24,000 nt of DNA from Betaproteobacteria bacterium (lineage in GTDB: Bacteria; Pseudomonadota; Gammaproteobacteria; Burkholderiales; Casimicrobiaceae). Location: the NCBI GenBank assembly GCA_013298695.1, contig JAAFIS010000002.1:68935-92934 (forward strand), read 5' to 3'. A program made the translations under genes and the position numbers. Positions 9,133 through 17,658 of this stretch are shown here, piece by piece. Position 1 is the stretch's first letter. Each line of letters begins with the position of its first letter. The notes below the pieces were generated by a model. It searched no databases and was not told where the DNA came from. It saw only the letters and a list, made by a program, of their open reading frames with translations.

Positions 9133-10545
9133 CTATGCTGATTTAAGCCACGCCGCCGTATCTTCCAACGCCTTCTCAAACCGCTTGAGCAGCTCCGCAA
9201 TCTGCACCTCGGTGATGATGAGCGGCGGCGAAAACGCGATGATGTCGCCCGCCATAACGCGCAGAATCAAACCATGTTCCTGCGCACGACGCACGAGATA
9301 CGCGCCGACTGCGCGCTTTGGATCGTATGCCTTGCGTGCTTTAACGTCTTCGGCCAACTCCACTGCGGCGATCAGTCCGATGCCGCGCACATTTCCGATC
9401 AACGGATGATTCGCAAATTTCCGCAAGCCATTTTGTAACGCTGGCGCAACGTTTCGCACATGACCAACGATATCGCGCTCTTCATAAATCTTGATCGTCT
9501 CAAGCGCAATCGCGCAACCGAGCGGGTGCCCGGAATAGGTGTACCCGTGTCCGAACACACCCACACTCGCGCTCGCATCCGCGCATGCCTGATAAATTTC
9601 TCCACTGACGTAGAGCGCAGAAAACGGCACGTACGCTGAAGTAATCATCTTCGCGGTCGTCAGCATGTCCGGCTCAAGTTTGTACGTATCGGTACCAAAC
9701 CAATTTCCGGTGCGCCCGAATCCCGTAATCACTTCATCGGCAATAAAAAGAATCTCGTATTTCTTCAAGATCGGTTGAATTTTCTCGAAGTAGGTTGGCG
9801 GCGGCACGATCACGCCGCCCGCGCCCTGCACGGGTTCGGCGATGAACGCACCAATCGTGTCCGCGCCTTCCTTCAAAATCAAAGCTTCAAGCTCGGCGGC
9901 ACAGCGCGTAGCAAATTGCTCCGGCGACTCACCTGCATTTGCAAACTGATACGGATGCGGACACGAAGTGCGCAATACGCCGTCCATGGGTAAATCAAAA
10001 TGCTGATGCATCGTAGGGATACCCGAAAGCGATGCCGCAGCGACTGTTACGCCGTGATAGCCCTTTCCCCGCGCAATGATTTTTTTCTTGAGTGGTTTGC
10101 CAATCGCGTTGTGATAGTAGCGAACCAACTTCACGGCTGTATCGTTGGCCTCCGACCCCGAATTCGCAAACACCACGCGTCCTTCGCGCAGCGAGGCGGT
10201 TGGCGCAAGCGACATCAATTTCTCGCTAACCTCCGCGACAACGTTATGCGCCTTTCCAGAAAACGAGTGGTAATACGGCAGCACATTCATCTGCTTTGCC
10301 GCCGCCTCCATCAATCGCTTTTCGCTAAACCCAAGCGACGCACACCACAAGCCCGCCATCCCCTCGATATAGCGCTTGCCTGTGTCATCAATCACTTCAA
10401 TGCCATCGCCTTCGACGATGATGAGCGGTGCATCCTTTTCAATCGCACGCAGATTCGTGTAGGGATGAAAATGATTAGCGACGTCTTTTTTGGCGAGGGC
10501 GGAGTGGGAAGTTGGGGCGTTCATGGCGTTTAAACGGGTGAGCAA
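9133..10545 (-). CDS. Class-III (omega-amino acid / putrescine:pyruvate type) PLP-dependent aminotransferase
   Basis: 470 aa. HFHPYTN...GMAGLWCASLGF resembles SpuC-like transaminases. Length and layout fit the aspartate aminotransferase family, class III. Confidence 0.85.
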   Translation of the reverse strand: MLTRLNAMNAPTSHSALAKKDVANHFHPYTNLRAIEKDAPLIIVEGDGIEVIDDTGKRYIEGMAGLWCASLGFSEKRLMEAAAKQMNVLPYYHSFSGKAHNVVAEVSEKLMSLAPTASLREGRVVFANSGSEANDTAVKLVRYYHNAIGKPLKKKIIARGKGYHGVTVAAASLSGIPTMHQHFDLPMDGVLRTSCPHPYQFANAGESPEQFATRCAAELEALILKEGADTIGAFIAEPVQGAGGVIVPPPTYFEKIQPILKKYEILFIADEVITGFGRTGNWFGTDTYKLEPDMLTTAKMITSAYVPFSALYVSGEIYQACADASASVGVFGHGYTYSGHPLGCAIALETIKIYEERDIVGHVRNVAPALQNGLRKFANHPLIGNVRGIGLIAAVELAEDVKARKAYDPKRAVGAYLVRRAQEHGLILRVMAGDIIAFSPPLIITEVQIAELLKRFEKALEDTAAWLKSA

Positions 10546-10612
10546 TATTCCTTAATTATCGTCCCAGTCTGCATCAGCACTCTCGCCCCAAAAAAGTCGT
10601 TAGCATTTAGCG

Positions 10613-11278
10613 ATGTTTTCAGGCACTGGCTCAGGCGCGCGCACAGAGGACGGTTGCTCTGTCGAGCTCTATCGGCAACTCCCTTATCTTGGCGAGCTCG
10701 ATCCTGTACGTCACCTACTTCGCGCGGGTGAATCAGTGCTCGAACTGGGTTGCGGAACAGGTCGGCTTACACGAAAGCTGATCGAATGGGGTATGGACGT
10801 GACCTGCGTCGACAACTCTGTCGAGATGCTTTCCGCATCACCCATGTCAGCAAATGCGGTACTTTCGCCAATCCAAGCGCTTTCTCTTGATCAACGGTTT
10901 GATGTGGTGTTGCTCGCAAGTTGCCTGATCAATCATCCAGTCGACGAGGTTCGAAACGTATTTGTTCATGCCGCGAAAACACACCTGAAATCGAGCGGCG
11001 CTTGCGTCATTCAACGACATGATCCCGCTTGGCTGGTGAGTGCATCCATCGGCAACTTCGGAATGATCAAAGACATTGCACTCTATCTCGATGAAGTCAG
11101 TCACAGCGAAGGCTTAACGGACATGACGCTTCGATATGTACAGGCCGAACAATCATGGACGCACACGTTTTCAGTGAAGCCCATGAGCGAGGGAGCGATT
11201 GAAACGATATTGCGCGAGCACGGCTTTAGCGACGTTCAACGTTTCGGCGAAATGCATCGTTGGCTCGTGGCGCGATAA
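10613..11278 (+). CDS. Class I SAM-dependent methyltransferase
   Basis: Motif I VLELGCGTGRLT, followed by the acidic VDNS motif II. Confidence 0.8.
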   Translation: MFSGTGSGARTEDGCSVELYRQLPYLGELDPVRHLLRAGESVLELGCGTGRLTRKLIEWGMDVTCVDNSVEMLSASPMSANAVLSPIQALSLDQRFDVVLLASCLINHPVDEVRNVFVHAAKTHLKSSGACVIQRHDPAWLVSASIGNFGMIKDIALYLDEVSHSEGLTDMTLRYVQAEQSWTHTFSVKPMSEGAIETILREHGFSDVQRFGEMHRWLVAR

Positions 11279-11584
11279 GGCGACGTTCAGCGATCTACGT
11301 CGCTGCGATCAAACCGAAAACCAACTATCACTCACATGTACAGCCTTTTCACTACCTGCCCGATTTTATGCGGCGATTGGATAGTTTTGTATATTTTTCA
11401 ATATACAAAAACTTTTATGCCATCGCCCACATAAATTGGCTTTCTGCTGGCGAAGCGAATACCTAGTTTAGCGGGCCGCATTCGCCAATGCCACCGTCGA
11501 TAGCGATCGTCGCTCGCGAAGCGCGGCTCACTGCGATCACGGCCATTGCTGCTCAGGTTTCTCGATTGATGCGAAAAAGCGGGT

Positions 11585-12049
11585 TCACTCACGCCGCGTC
11601 TCTCTTTGCGATTCCATCCGCAGTTCGCGCAACATCACATCAAACAGTCGCCACACGATGAGCGCGTTCCAAAGCGCTGCACTCATCCACACGTGCCACT
11701 GCGGCAAACGTCGTCCCGCGCTCGCGAACAGCAGTGACGCGATAACAGCGATGGCAACCAACCACCATTGCGCCCGCGCATCGCTGCCAATGCGTTTGAG
11801 CCATGCGAGAACGCGATAGCGCGACGACGCGTGCCACAGCGCCGCCCCGCCCGCGCCAAGGGGTAACGCGATGAGCAGAAACATCGCCACGAACAAACCG
11901 AAGTACACAAACGCACCAATCCCTGGAGTATTGCGATCAATCGTAAGCAAACGCATCACGAGCCCACCGCATACGACGCAGGCGAGCGAGAACCACCAGA
12001 GCGCGCGACCGGCAGAGGTTGATTGCATGGAATCAATCGTCACGTTCAT
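11585..12049 (-). CDS. Hypothetical 4-TM membrane protein translationally coupled to creD
   Basis: 154 aa with four hydrophobic segments and an Arg/Glu-rich tail. Its ATG (12049-12047) overlaps the creD TGA (12048-12046) as ATGA. Confidence 0.6.
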   Translation of the reverse strand: MNVTIDSMQSTSAGRALWWFSLACVVCGGLVMRLLTIDRNTPGIGAFVYFGLFVAMFLLIALPLGAGGAALWHASSRYRVLAWLKRIGSDARAQWWLVAIAVIASLLFASAGRRLPQWHVWMSAALWNALIVWRLFDVMLRELRMESQRETRRE

Positions 12050-13506
12050 ACACCCTCCGCCTTCATTTCACCTGCACCGTTTCCAGTGCCTTTTGTCGTT
12101 GCAATGCGCGCACCAAATGCGCTCCAATTCACGCCACGCGTAAGCAACATAACCCCTGTGAGCGCCGCAAAGATCAACAATGAACCCGCGAGCAGCGCGT
12201 GCTGTTCGGATTGAAGTACGACATACAACACCGCATAGAGCGCACCAAGCCCGCCCATGGTTGGCAACGCTCGAGACCAACCGCCGAATACCGATTTCGC
12301 GTAAACGCCGATCAAGCCTGCACAACCGAGCGCGGCGATCAGATAGGCGATCGCGAAGTTGATGTGTTCTGAGAGCGACAGTAACAATAGGAAAAACACT
12401 GCGAGCGCTGCGCCAATCATCAGGTATTGAATAGGATGTACACGAACCTCTTTAATCACTTCCAACAACACAATGCCAAGGAACGTGAGCGCAATGAAGA
12501 GAAACGCGTACTTCGTGGCGCGATCTGATAGCGACGACGGATTGATGGGATCGATGAAAGCAACGCCGAAGGACTGCATACAGCTTGCGCTCGATTTCGC
12601 AGCCTGCGTTGCATCTATAGCGCGCGCGACCGCCGTGTAAGAGTCCGAAGTTTCATTGAACATCGAGCACAACATGCCGCCGCTCGCAAGGTCTGCTCGC
12701 GCAGTCGATGCCAGCGACGACACACTCCACTTCGCAACAAATCCGTCGTCTCGTACACTGCGCTCGGTTGGAAGGAACGCACCTGCGAACGAGGGATGCG
12801 GCCAACTCGAGCTGATTTCAACCAAGTTTTCATTCGCGAGCGGAACGAAGGAAAGCGATTCAGTCCCGACAAGATCGATTTCGAGATTGAGTTGCGCAAG
12901 CTCTTTCAACGCTAGGTCGTTGACCGGAAACCTAGCTGCAAATCCGGCACGGAACGCACCGCCGTCAGTCATCGCCTCGGGTTTCAGCGCCTGCCCTGCG
13001 CTAGTGAGTTTGATCGCGCGAATACCGCGCGCGTCGGATACGCTGAATTCAGCACGTGGCGACGCACAAGCAACTGCAACGACATTGTCTTTCACCGACG
13101 GGGGTGCTAGCTCGTTCAAATCGTTCCACTCCACCAGCGCTTTCGCAGAGAGATTGAACGAGTTCACTTTGTACAGCCCGCGATAGCGGGGCTCGATGTT
13201 GCTTTGCGCGCTCCACTTGATTGATTGCGGGAGTGTGCGTAGCTTCACCGCGCGTTCAGTTTTCTCGACAGTTTTCTTCTTGTCGGTTTCGATGATTGTC
13301 TGAACAGTTTCCGTGCAGGTGCGCGTGAGCACGACCCCCGCAATCGTTTGTGACCCCGCGAGACTGCGACGAATGCTGTCGGCCGCTTGTTGTCGATACA
13401 TAGTGCGTTCGGCAGCAATATCGCCAATGCGACCAATACCTGTCATCAAAAGAATCACGACGACTGACAACGATGCAGCCTTCGTTAAGAGCGGGGGGAA
13501 CTTCAC
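12046..13506 (-). CDS. creD: Cell envelope integrity inner-membrane protein CreD
   Basis: 486 aa. N-terminal TM segment, a large periplasmic domain with SSWPHPSFAGAFLP, and a C-terminal multi-TM block. It sits downstream of creBC. Confidence 0.85.
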   Translation of the reverse strand: MKFPPLLTKAASLSVVVILLMTGIGRIGDIAAERTMYRQQAADSIRRSLAGSQTIAGVVLTRTCTETVQTIIETDKKKTVEKTERAVKLRTLPQSIKWSAQSNIEPRYRGLYKVNSFNLSAKALVEWNDLNELAPPSVKDNVVAVACASPRAEFSVSDARGIRAIKLTSAGQALKPEAMTDGGAFRAGFAARFPVNDLALKELAQLNLEIDLVGTESLSFVPLANENLVEISSSWPHPSFAGAFLPTERSVRDDGFVAKWSVSSLASTARADLASGGMLCSMFNETSDSYTAVARAIDATQAAKSSASCMQSFGVAFIDPINPSSLSDRATKYAFLFIALTFLGIVLLEVIKEVRVHPIQYLMIGAALAVFFLLLLSLSEHINFAIAYLIAALGCAGLIGVYAKSVFGGWSRALPTMGGLGALYAVLYVVLQSEQHALLAGSLLIFAALTGVMLLTRGVNWSAFGARIATTKGTGNGAGEMKAEGV

Positions 13507-13575
13507 AGATGCACCTTCGTTCGAATAAAGAATGAACGAAGTGTTTATTGTTGCTGTGAACTGTTAATGAAGTTT

Positions 13576-13591
13576 GTGAAGTGAGTGTGAA
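13576..13591 (-). promoter_or_regulatory. cre tag (CreB-binding direct repeat TTCACnnnnnnTTCAC) upstream of creD
   Basis: The minus strand reads TTCACactcacTTCAC, an exact match to the E. coli consensus. Additional phased pentamers are TTCAT (13571-13567) and TTCAC (13560-13556). Confidence 0.55.
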
Positions 13592-13627
13592 GTCGTCTTG
13601 TTCTGACTATTTACGACGATGCGCAAT

Positions 13628-13728
13628 CATCCCACCCCTCACGCGGGAGGTTTGGATGGGGATGGGTTTCGATTTAGCTTTTCAATCGACACCCATCCCC
13701 ACCCTAGCCCTCCCCTTGAAGGGGAGGG
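13628..13728. repeat. R2 REP/MITE-like element in the creC-creD spacer
   Basis: ggggatgggtttc...acccatcccc inverted repeat, followed by the perfect palindrome ccctccccttgaaggggaggg (13708-13728). The same modules occur at 8938-9119 and 22640-22744. Confidence 0.8.
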
Positions 13729-13750
13729 AACAGCGTTCGAGGGTTGAACA

Positions 13751-15163
13751 TCACAGCGGAAACGACAGCCGCACACACGTAGGCGAACGCGCGCTCACAA
13801 GCGTGAGCGTTCCCCCGTGCAGCTCCGCAACTTGCTTCGCAATCGCCAATCCCAGTCCGCTACTTTTCGGCGACCCATCCGGGCGCGGCGAAGACACAAA
13901 GCGTTCGCCGACTCTTTCAGCCGCGAAATCTGCAAAGCCAGCGCCGTTGTCGATCACATCGATATGAATCAATTCGTTTATACGTTTGATTTCACACGTC
14001 ACTGTCGCATTCTCTGGCGAAAAATCAATCGCGTTATCAATCAAATTGGTGAGCGCAAGGCGAATCGATTCAGCATCACCTCGAACCATTGCAGCGGTTT
14101 CGCCCTTGAGTTCGAGCGACACCACTGGCTCGCGCGAACGGATCACGCCGAGTACTTCTTTAGCAAGCAAGGCGATGTCAAACGACTCACGCGTCATCGG
14201 TGACGTCATACCTTCTAGTTTCGAAAGCTCCAACATACGATCAATCGTTCGCTGCATGCGCTCGCTCTGCTCGACCACACTTGAAGCGAAGCGCACTTGA
14301 TCATCGCGCGCCATCGGCTCGCGTAGCAATTCACCCGCACCGCGAATTGCGGCGAGTGGCGATTTGATCTCGTGGGTAAGTGCGCGCACGGTGTTTTCAA
14401 CATGACGTTTGCCTTCGAGGCGTTCGCGCATGCCGTTCATCGAACGTGCGAGTTTGCCAAGTTCACCAGGCAGCTCGGGCGTCGGCACTCGTTGCCCCGC
14501 CTCGACTTGATCGGCGTAGCGCGCAAGTTTTCGCACAGAAAACACAATCCAAAGCGTTACAACGACTCCGATCAATAGCGACAAACCAATCAACCACGCA
14601 CCGCTCACGAGAATTTTGCGTTCTGATCTTTCAATAAACGGACCGACGGTCGATGAGTTCTTCGCGAGGGTCAACACGCCGATTCGTTCGCCGTTGCTAA
14701 TGATCGGTGCGGCGACATAGAACACTGCGGTGCCGTCATCTCGCTCGGTATCGCGCGTCACGCGCGCGCCATACTCGCCGCGCAGTGTAAGCATCACGTC
14801 GCGCCAGCGGCTGTAGTTTTGACCGACGGCAACGTTCTCGGAATCGTAGCGAACGATGCCTTGCGCATCGGTGACGTACACGCGGAAGTCAACGCTTTGT
14901 TTGATGAGTCCGGACACCTTCGCGTTGGGTTCGCGCAGGTTGTAAGCTTTCAGGGCGGCCGCGAAGTTGCCGTTCGTGATCGTCCCGCTCGCGAGCTCGG
15001 GCGCGGCGATTTCCGCGAACGCGTTCGCCGAATCGATCATCACTTCTTCGAGCACGTCGCGAACGGAAGGTTTGATTTCGTTTACGAAGACACGCAAAAC
15101 GAAAAACGTCGCAAGCCCGAGAATCAGGAAAACAGCGAATAGGAGACGAATGCCGAGATGCAT
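13751..15163 (-). CDS. creC: Two-component sensor histidine kinase CreC
   Basis: 470 aa. The N-terminus (LRVFVNEIKPSVRDVLEEVMIDSAN) is collinear with E. coli CreC. H-box LTHEIKSPLAAIRG; ATPase G-boxes DNGAGF and GLGLAI. Confidence 0.9.
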   Translation of the reverse strand: MHLGIRLLFAVFLILGLATFFVLRVFVNEIKPSVRDVLEEVMIDSANAFAEIAAPELASGTITNGNFAAALKAYNLREPNAKVSGLIKQSVDFRVYVTDAQGIVRYDSENVAVGQNYSRWRDVMLTLRGEYGARVTRDTERDDGTAVFYVAAPIISNGERIGVLTLAKNSSTVGPFIERSERKILVSGAWLIGLSLLIGVVVTLWIVFSVRKLARYADQVEAGQRVPTPELPGELGKLARSMNGMRERLEGKRHVENTVRALTHEIKSPLAAIRGAGELLREPMARDDQVRFASSVVEQSERMQRTIDRMLELSKLEGMTSPMTRESFDIALLAKEVLGVIRSREPVVSLELKGETAAMVRGDAESIRLALTNLIDNAIDFSPENATVTCEIKRINELIHIDVIDNGAGFADFAAERVGERFVSSPRPDGSPKSSGLGLAIAKQVAELHGGTLTLVSARSPTCVRLSFPL

Positions 15164-15166
15164 TAC

Positions 15167-15859
15167 TTAAGCGACGAACTTAATGTCAATCGAATACCCC
15201 ATCCCACGATGCGTCTCAATCGGATCGAGATCGCTACGAATGGCTTTGAGTTTTGCACGCAGCGTTTTGATGTGCGTATCGACCGTGCGATCACCGCTCT
15301 CCGCGTCCATTCCCCACACGGTATCGAGCAACATTTCGCGCGAACAAATGCGACTCGGGCGTTCGAGCAGTGTCTTCAGAAGTAAGTATTCTCGCTTCGC
15401 GAGCGCGAGCGGTTGCCCAGCGAAACTGATGCGTTGCGCTTCGGTGTCGAGCTGAAAAACATTCGCGCTCTTCGTACCCGCCGAGCCACTGCGTCGCAAA
15501 ATCGTTTTCACACGAAGCGACACTTCACGTGGCGAAAACGGTTTCGCGACGTAGTCATCTGCGCCTAACTCAAGGCCGACGATGCGATCCACTTCTTCAC
15601 TGCGTGCGGTGAGCATGAGGATCGGGATTTTTGTGTTTGCATGCGCGCCTGCACGAAGCTCCCGGCACAAGTCAAAGCCAGAACCGTCGGGTAAACTTAC
15701 GTCGAGCACGATGAGCGAGGGCTGCGCCGCACGTACGGTCGCGCGTGCGTCTGCCAGCATGCGAACGTGCTTCGTTTCAAAGCCGTCAGTCGTTAGCGCG
15801 TAGGTGAGCGTTTGCGCGATGGCGTCTTCGTCTTCAACGATGAGGATGAGCGGCTTCAT
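15167..15859 (-). CDS. creB: Two-component response regulator CreB (OmpR family)
   Basis: ILIVEDE, LTARSEEVDRIVGLELGADDYVAKPFSPREV and a winged-helix C-terminus. Strong resemblance to E. coli CreB. Confidence 0.9.
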   Translation of the reverse strand: MKPLILIVEDEDAIAQTLTYALTTDGFETKHVRMLADARATVRAAQPSLIVLDVSLPDGSGFDLCRELRAGAHANTKIPILMLTARSEEVDRIVGLELGADDYVAKPFSPREVSLRVKTILRRSGSAGTKSANVFQLDTEAQRISFAGQPLALAKREYLLLKTLLERPSRICSREMLLDTVWGMDAESGDRTVDTHIKTLRAKLKAIRSDLDPIETHRGMGYSIDIKFVA

Positions 15860-15861
15860 GG

Positions 15862-16107
15862 TTCGACAAGCTCACCACGAACGGCAGTGGGGGTGAGCGC
15901 AGCCTTTAGTCCCGTGCTTGACACGGGATCACCACGAACGGCAGTGGGGGTGAGCGCAGCCTTTAGTCCGGTGTCCTGAGCACGACGAAGGAACACGGGA
16001 TCACCACGAACGGCAGTGGGGGTGAGCGTAGTCTTTAGTTCCGTGTCCTCAGCACGACGAAGGAACACGGGGTCGCCCTGAGCGGTGACGAGAGACAGCG
16101 GTGCTGA
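15862..16107. repeat. Tandem array of R4 REP-like units between the CsgG-like gene and creB
   Basis: The 41-nt core tcaccacgaacggcagtgggggtgagcgcagcctttagtcc occurs at 15872, 15929 and 16001 (third copy slightly diverged). Each copy is followed by a hairpin: cccgtg/cacggg, or ccgtgtcct...aggaacacgg. The leader ttcgacaagctcaccacgaacgg matches 16975-16997 at 21/23. Confidence 0.85.
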
Positions 16108-16111
16108 CACA

Positions 16112-16867
16112 CTACGCTTTCCGCGGCATCGCTCGCGCTTGCGCGACAAGTTTGTTATGCGCATCTAAAAACGCGGCGGCGATCACTTTGCCTTCGTTGG
16201 TGATGCCCCAACCCGCTGCGCCACCAATCACTTTTCCGATCACGAGTCCGCCAACGCCTAGATCGGTTGCGCGCGCGGAGCCGGTCGCGGCGGCCAGCTG
16301 CTCAGTCGTTTCATTATCGGTCAACAGCAACACAACTTGTGCTTCTTTGAACTTTACGCCACTCGCAACCCCTGCGTAATCGCGCAACACTGGAATCATC
16401 GAGATGATGCCCGCAATGCCGCCGCCTGCGTTATCTTCAGAAAATGTGAGCGACGGCGTAAGCGTCATTCGCGCGCCGATTCCTTCGCCTTTTTTAACAA
16501 CCGTTTCCGCTTTCAAAATGCCTTTGTCTTTCAAGTCTTGCTCTTGAATCGTGCCGCGCAAACCGGCCGCACGATCAACGACCTTGAAGCAGCCCGATTG
16601 CTGCATCATCACGCGAATCAGCGGCAACGGCGTCGGCGGCAATTGATAACTTGAAAGCACGGTGTAGCCGTGCGGGCTCTCAGCGAGCGAGATCGTACCA
16701 ATGGGTTCCGCGCAGATTACGAGTTCTTTCGCGGCGTCTTTCGCGCCCGCCGGTCCAGCGGAGCCCGACACTTTGCTGCCGCCTTCACCAAGATCAGTTT
16801 GGCGACAAGAGACAACCAAAAAACTAGCAAGTACGACTGTTACGAAACACACGCGCATAGAAAACAC
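16112..16867 (-). CDS. Lipoprotein, probable CsgG/HfaB family
   Basis: Lipobox LVVSC. The overall pattern resembles CsgG-family proteins as I recall them: a MMQQSGCFKVVDR segment, Gly-rich loops (DNAGGGIAGI, DLGVGGLVIG), and a C-terminal helix. The family call is tentative. Confidence 0.5.
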   Translation of the reverse strand: MFSMRVCFVTVVLASFLVVSCRQTDLGEGGSKVSGSAGPAGAKDAAKELVICAEPIGTISLAESPHGYTVLSSYQLPPTPLPLIRVMMQQSGCFKVVDRAAGLRGTIQEQDLKDKGILKAETVVKKGEGIGARMTLTPSLTFSEDNAGGGIAGIISMIPVLRDYAGVASGVKFKEAQVVLLLTDNETTEQLAAATGSARATDLGVGGLVIGKVIGGAAGWGITNEGKVIAAAFLDAHNKLVAQARAMPRKA

Positions 16868-16920
16868 AATTCCGAGTACGATTGCTGCAATTGTCTCCGT
16901 TCGTGGTGAAGACGTCTATG

Positions 16921-17000
16921 CTGAGTTTGTCGAAGCATCGAACCCTGAACGATCTGTCTAATTTGTGTTCATCCTTCGACAAGCTCAGGACGAACGGGAG
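16921..17000. repeat. R4 REP-like inverted pair in the divergent CsgG-like/GST spacer
   Basis: ctgagtttgtcgaag (16921-16935) pairs with cttcgacaagctcag (16974-16988) at 14/15 complementarity with a 38-nt spacer. It continues as gacgaacgg. Confidence 0.7.
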
Positions 17001-17006
17001 CTTGAA

Positions 17007-17648
17007 ATGCTGAAACTCTGGGGTCGTAACAACTCTTCTAACGTAAAAAAAGTCATCTGGACTTGCGCGGAATTAAACATTCCGTATGAACGCATCGACG
17101 CGGGCATGAATTTTGGCGTCGTCAACACCGACGAATACAAAGCGATGAATCCGATGGGATTGATTCCGGTGATCGACGATGATGGTTACGTGCTCTGGGA
17201 ATCGAACGCCATAATGCGCTATCTCGGATCGACGCATCCGAAAGTTCCGTTCTACCCCTCAGATTTGAAAGTACGCGGGCAAGCTGATCGCTGGATGGAA
17301 TGGCAAAGCACGACGTTGGGGCCCGCGCTCGGGCCTGCGTTCGTGCAAATCGTTCGCTTCGCGCCCGAGAAACGCGACATGACGATGATCGCAGCGAATA
17401 TCGAAAAGGCGGCGGGTATGTGGAAGATCGTTGATCGCCAACTCGCCGCAACGAAGTGGCTCACGGGTGAGAACTTCACCATGGGCGACGTGCCGCTCGG
17501 CATCCTCATGTACACCTGGGATCAGTTGAAACTCGAAGAGGTCGGCCTCGCGCATCATCGCGAAAAGCTACCGAATTTGTGGCGCTGGTACGATCAATTG
17601 CAAGCGATGAAAAATTACCGCGACGTCGTGATGATCGGCCTGACCTGA
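17007..17648 (+). CDS. Glutathione S-transferase family protein
   Basis: MLKLWGRNNSSNVKKVIWTCAELNIPYE...GLIPVIDDDGYVLWESNAIMRYL is a thioredoxin-like GST N-domain. The ATG at 17007 is preceded by GGGAG. The track ORF start at 16965 reads through the REP (LRQAQDER artefact). Confidence 0.85.
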   Translation: MLKLWGRNNSSNVKKVIWTCAELNIPYERIDAGMNFGVVNTDEYKAMNPMGLIPVIDDDGYVLWESNAIMRYLGSTHPKVPFYPSDLKVRGQADRWMEWQSTTLGPALGPAFVQIVRFAPEKRDMTMIAANIEKAAGMWKIVDRQLAATKWLTGENFTMGDVPLGILMYTWDQLKLEEVGLAHHREKLPNLWRWYDQLQAMKNYRDVVMIGLT

Positions 17649-17658
17649 TCTGCAATGT

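Noticed and set aside
8933-9409. ORFs crossing the 8907-9119 repeat (158 aa, 83 aa, 61 aa, 71 aa)
   Set aside because: They are translations of REP/MITE sequence or antisense to the aminotransferase gene. Composition is implausible and no start signals are present.
13244-13259. Near cre tag TTCACcgcgcgTTCAG (a similar 9/10 match occurs in the helicase gene near 21890)
   Set aside because: These are imperfect matches lying inside coding sequence, here antisense to creD. Such matches are expected by chance for a 10-nt pattern.
15872-16070. Direct repeats that could superficially suggest a CRISPR array
   Set aside because: There are only three copies with irregular periods (57 and 72 nt). The spacers are themselves repeated hairpins. 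No cas genes or leader are present, and the unit is related to a dispersed REP at 16975.
15856-16164. 102-aa ORF with the internally repeated peptide TLTPTAVRGDPVFLRRAQDTGLKAAL
   Set aside because: It is the translation of the tandem REP array. The periodic peptide mirrors the DNA repeat and there is no independent coding signal.
16965-17006. N-terminal extension of the GST ORF (MFILRQAQDERELE)
   Set aside because: It reads through the R4 REP (the LRQAQDER-type artefact). The ATG at 17007 has a good GGGAG Shine-Dalgarno and starts at the conserved GST N-terminus.
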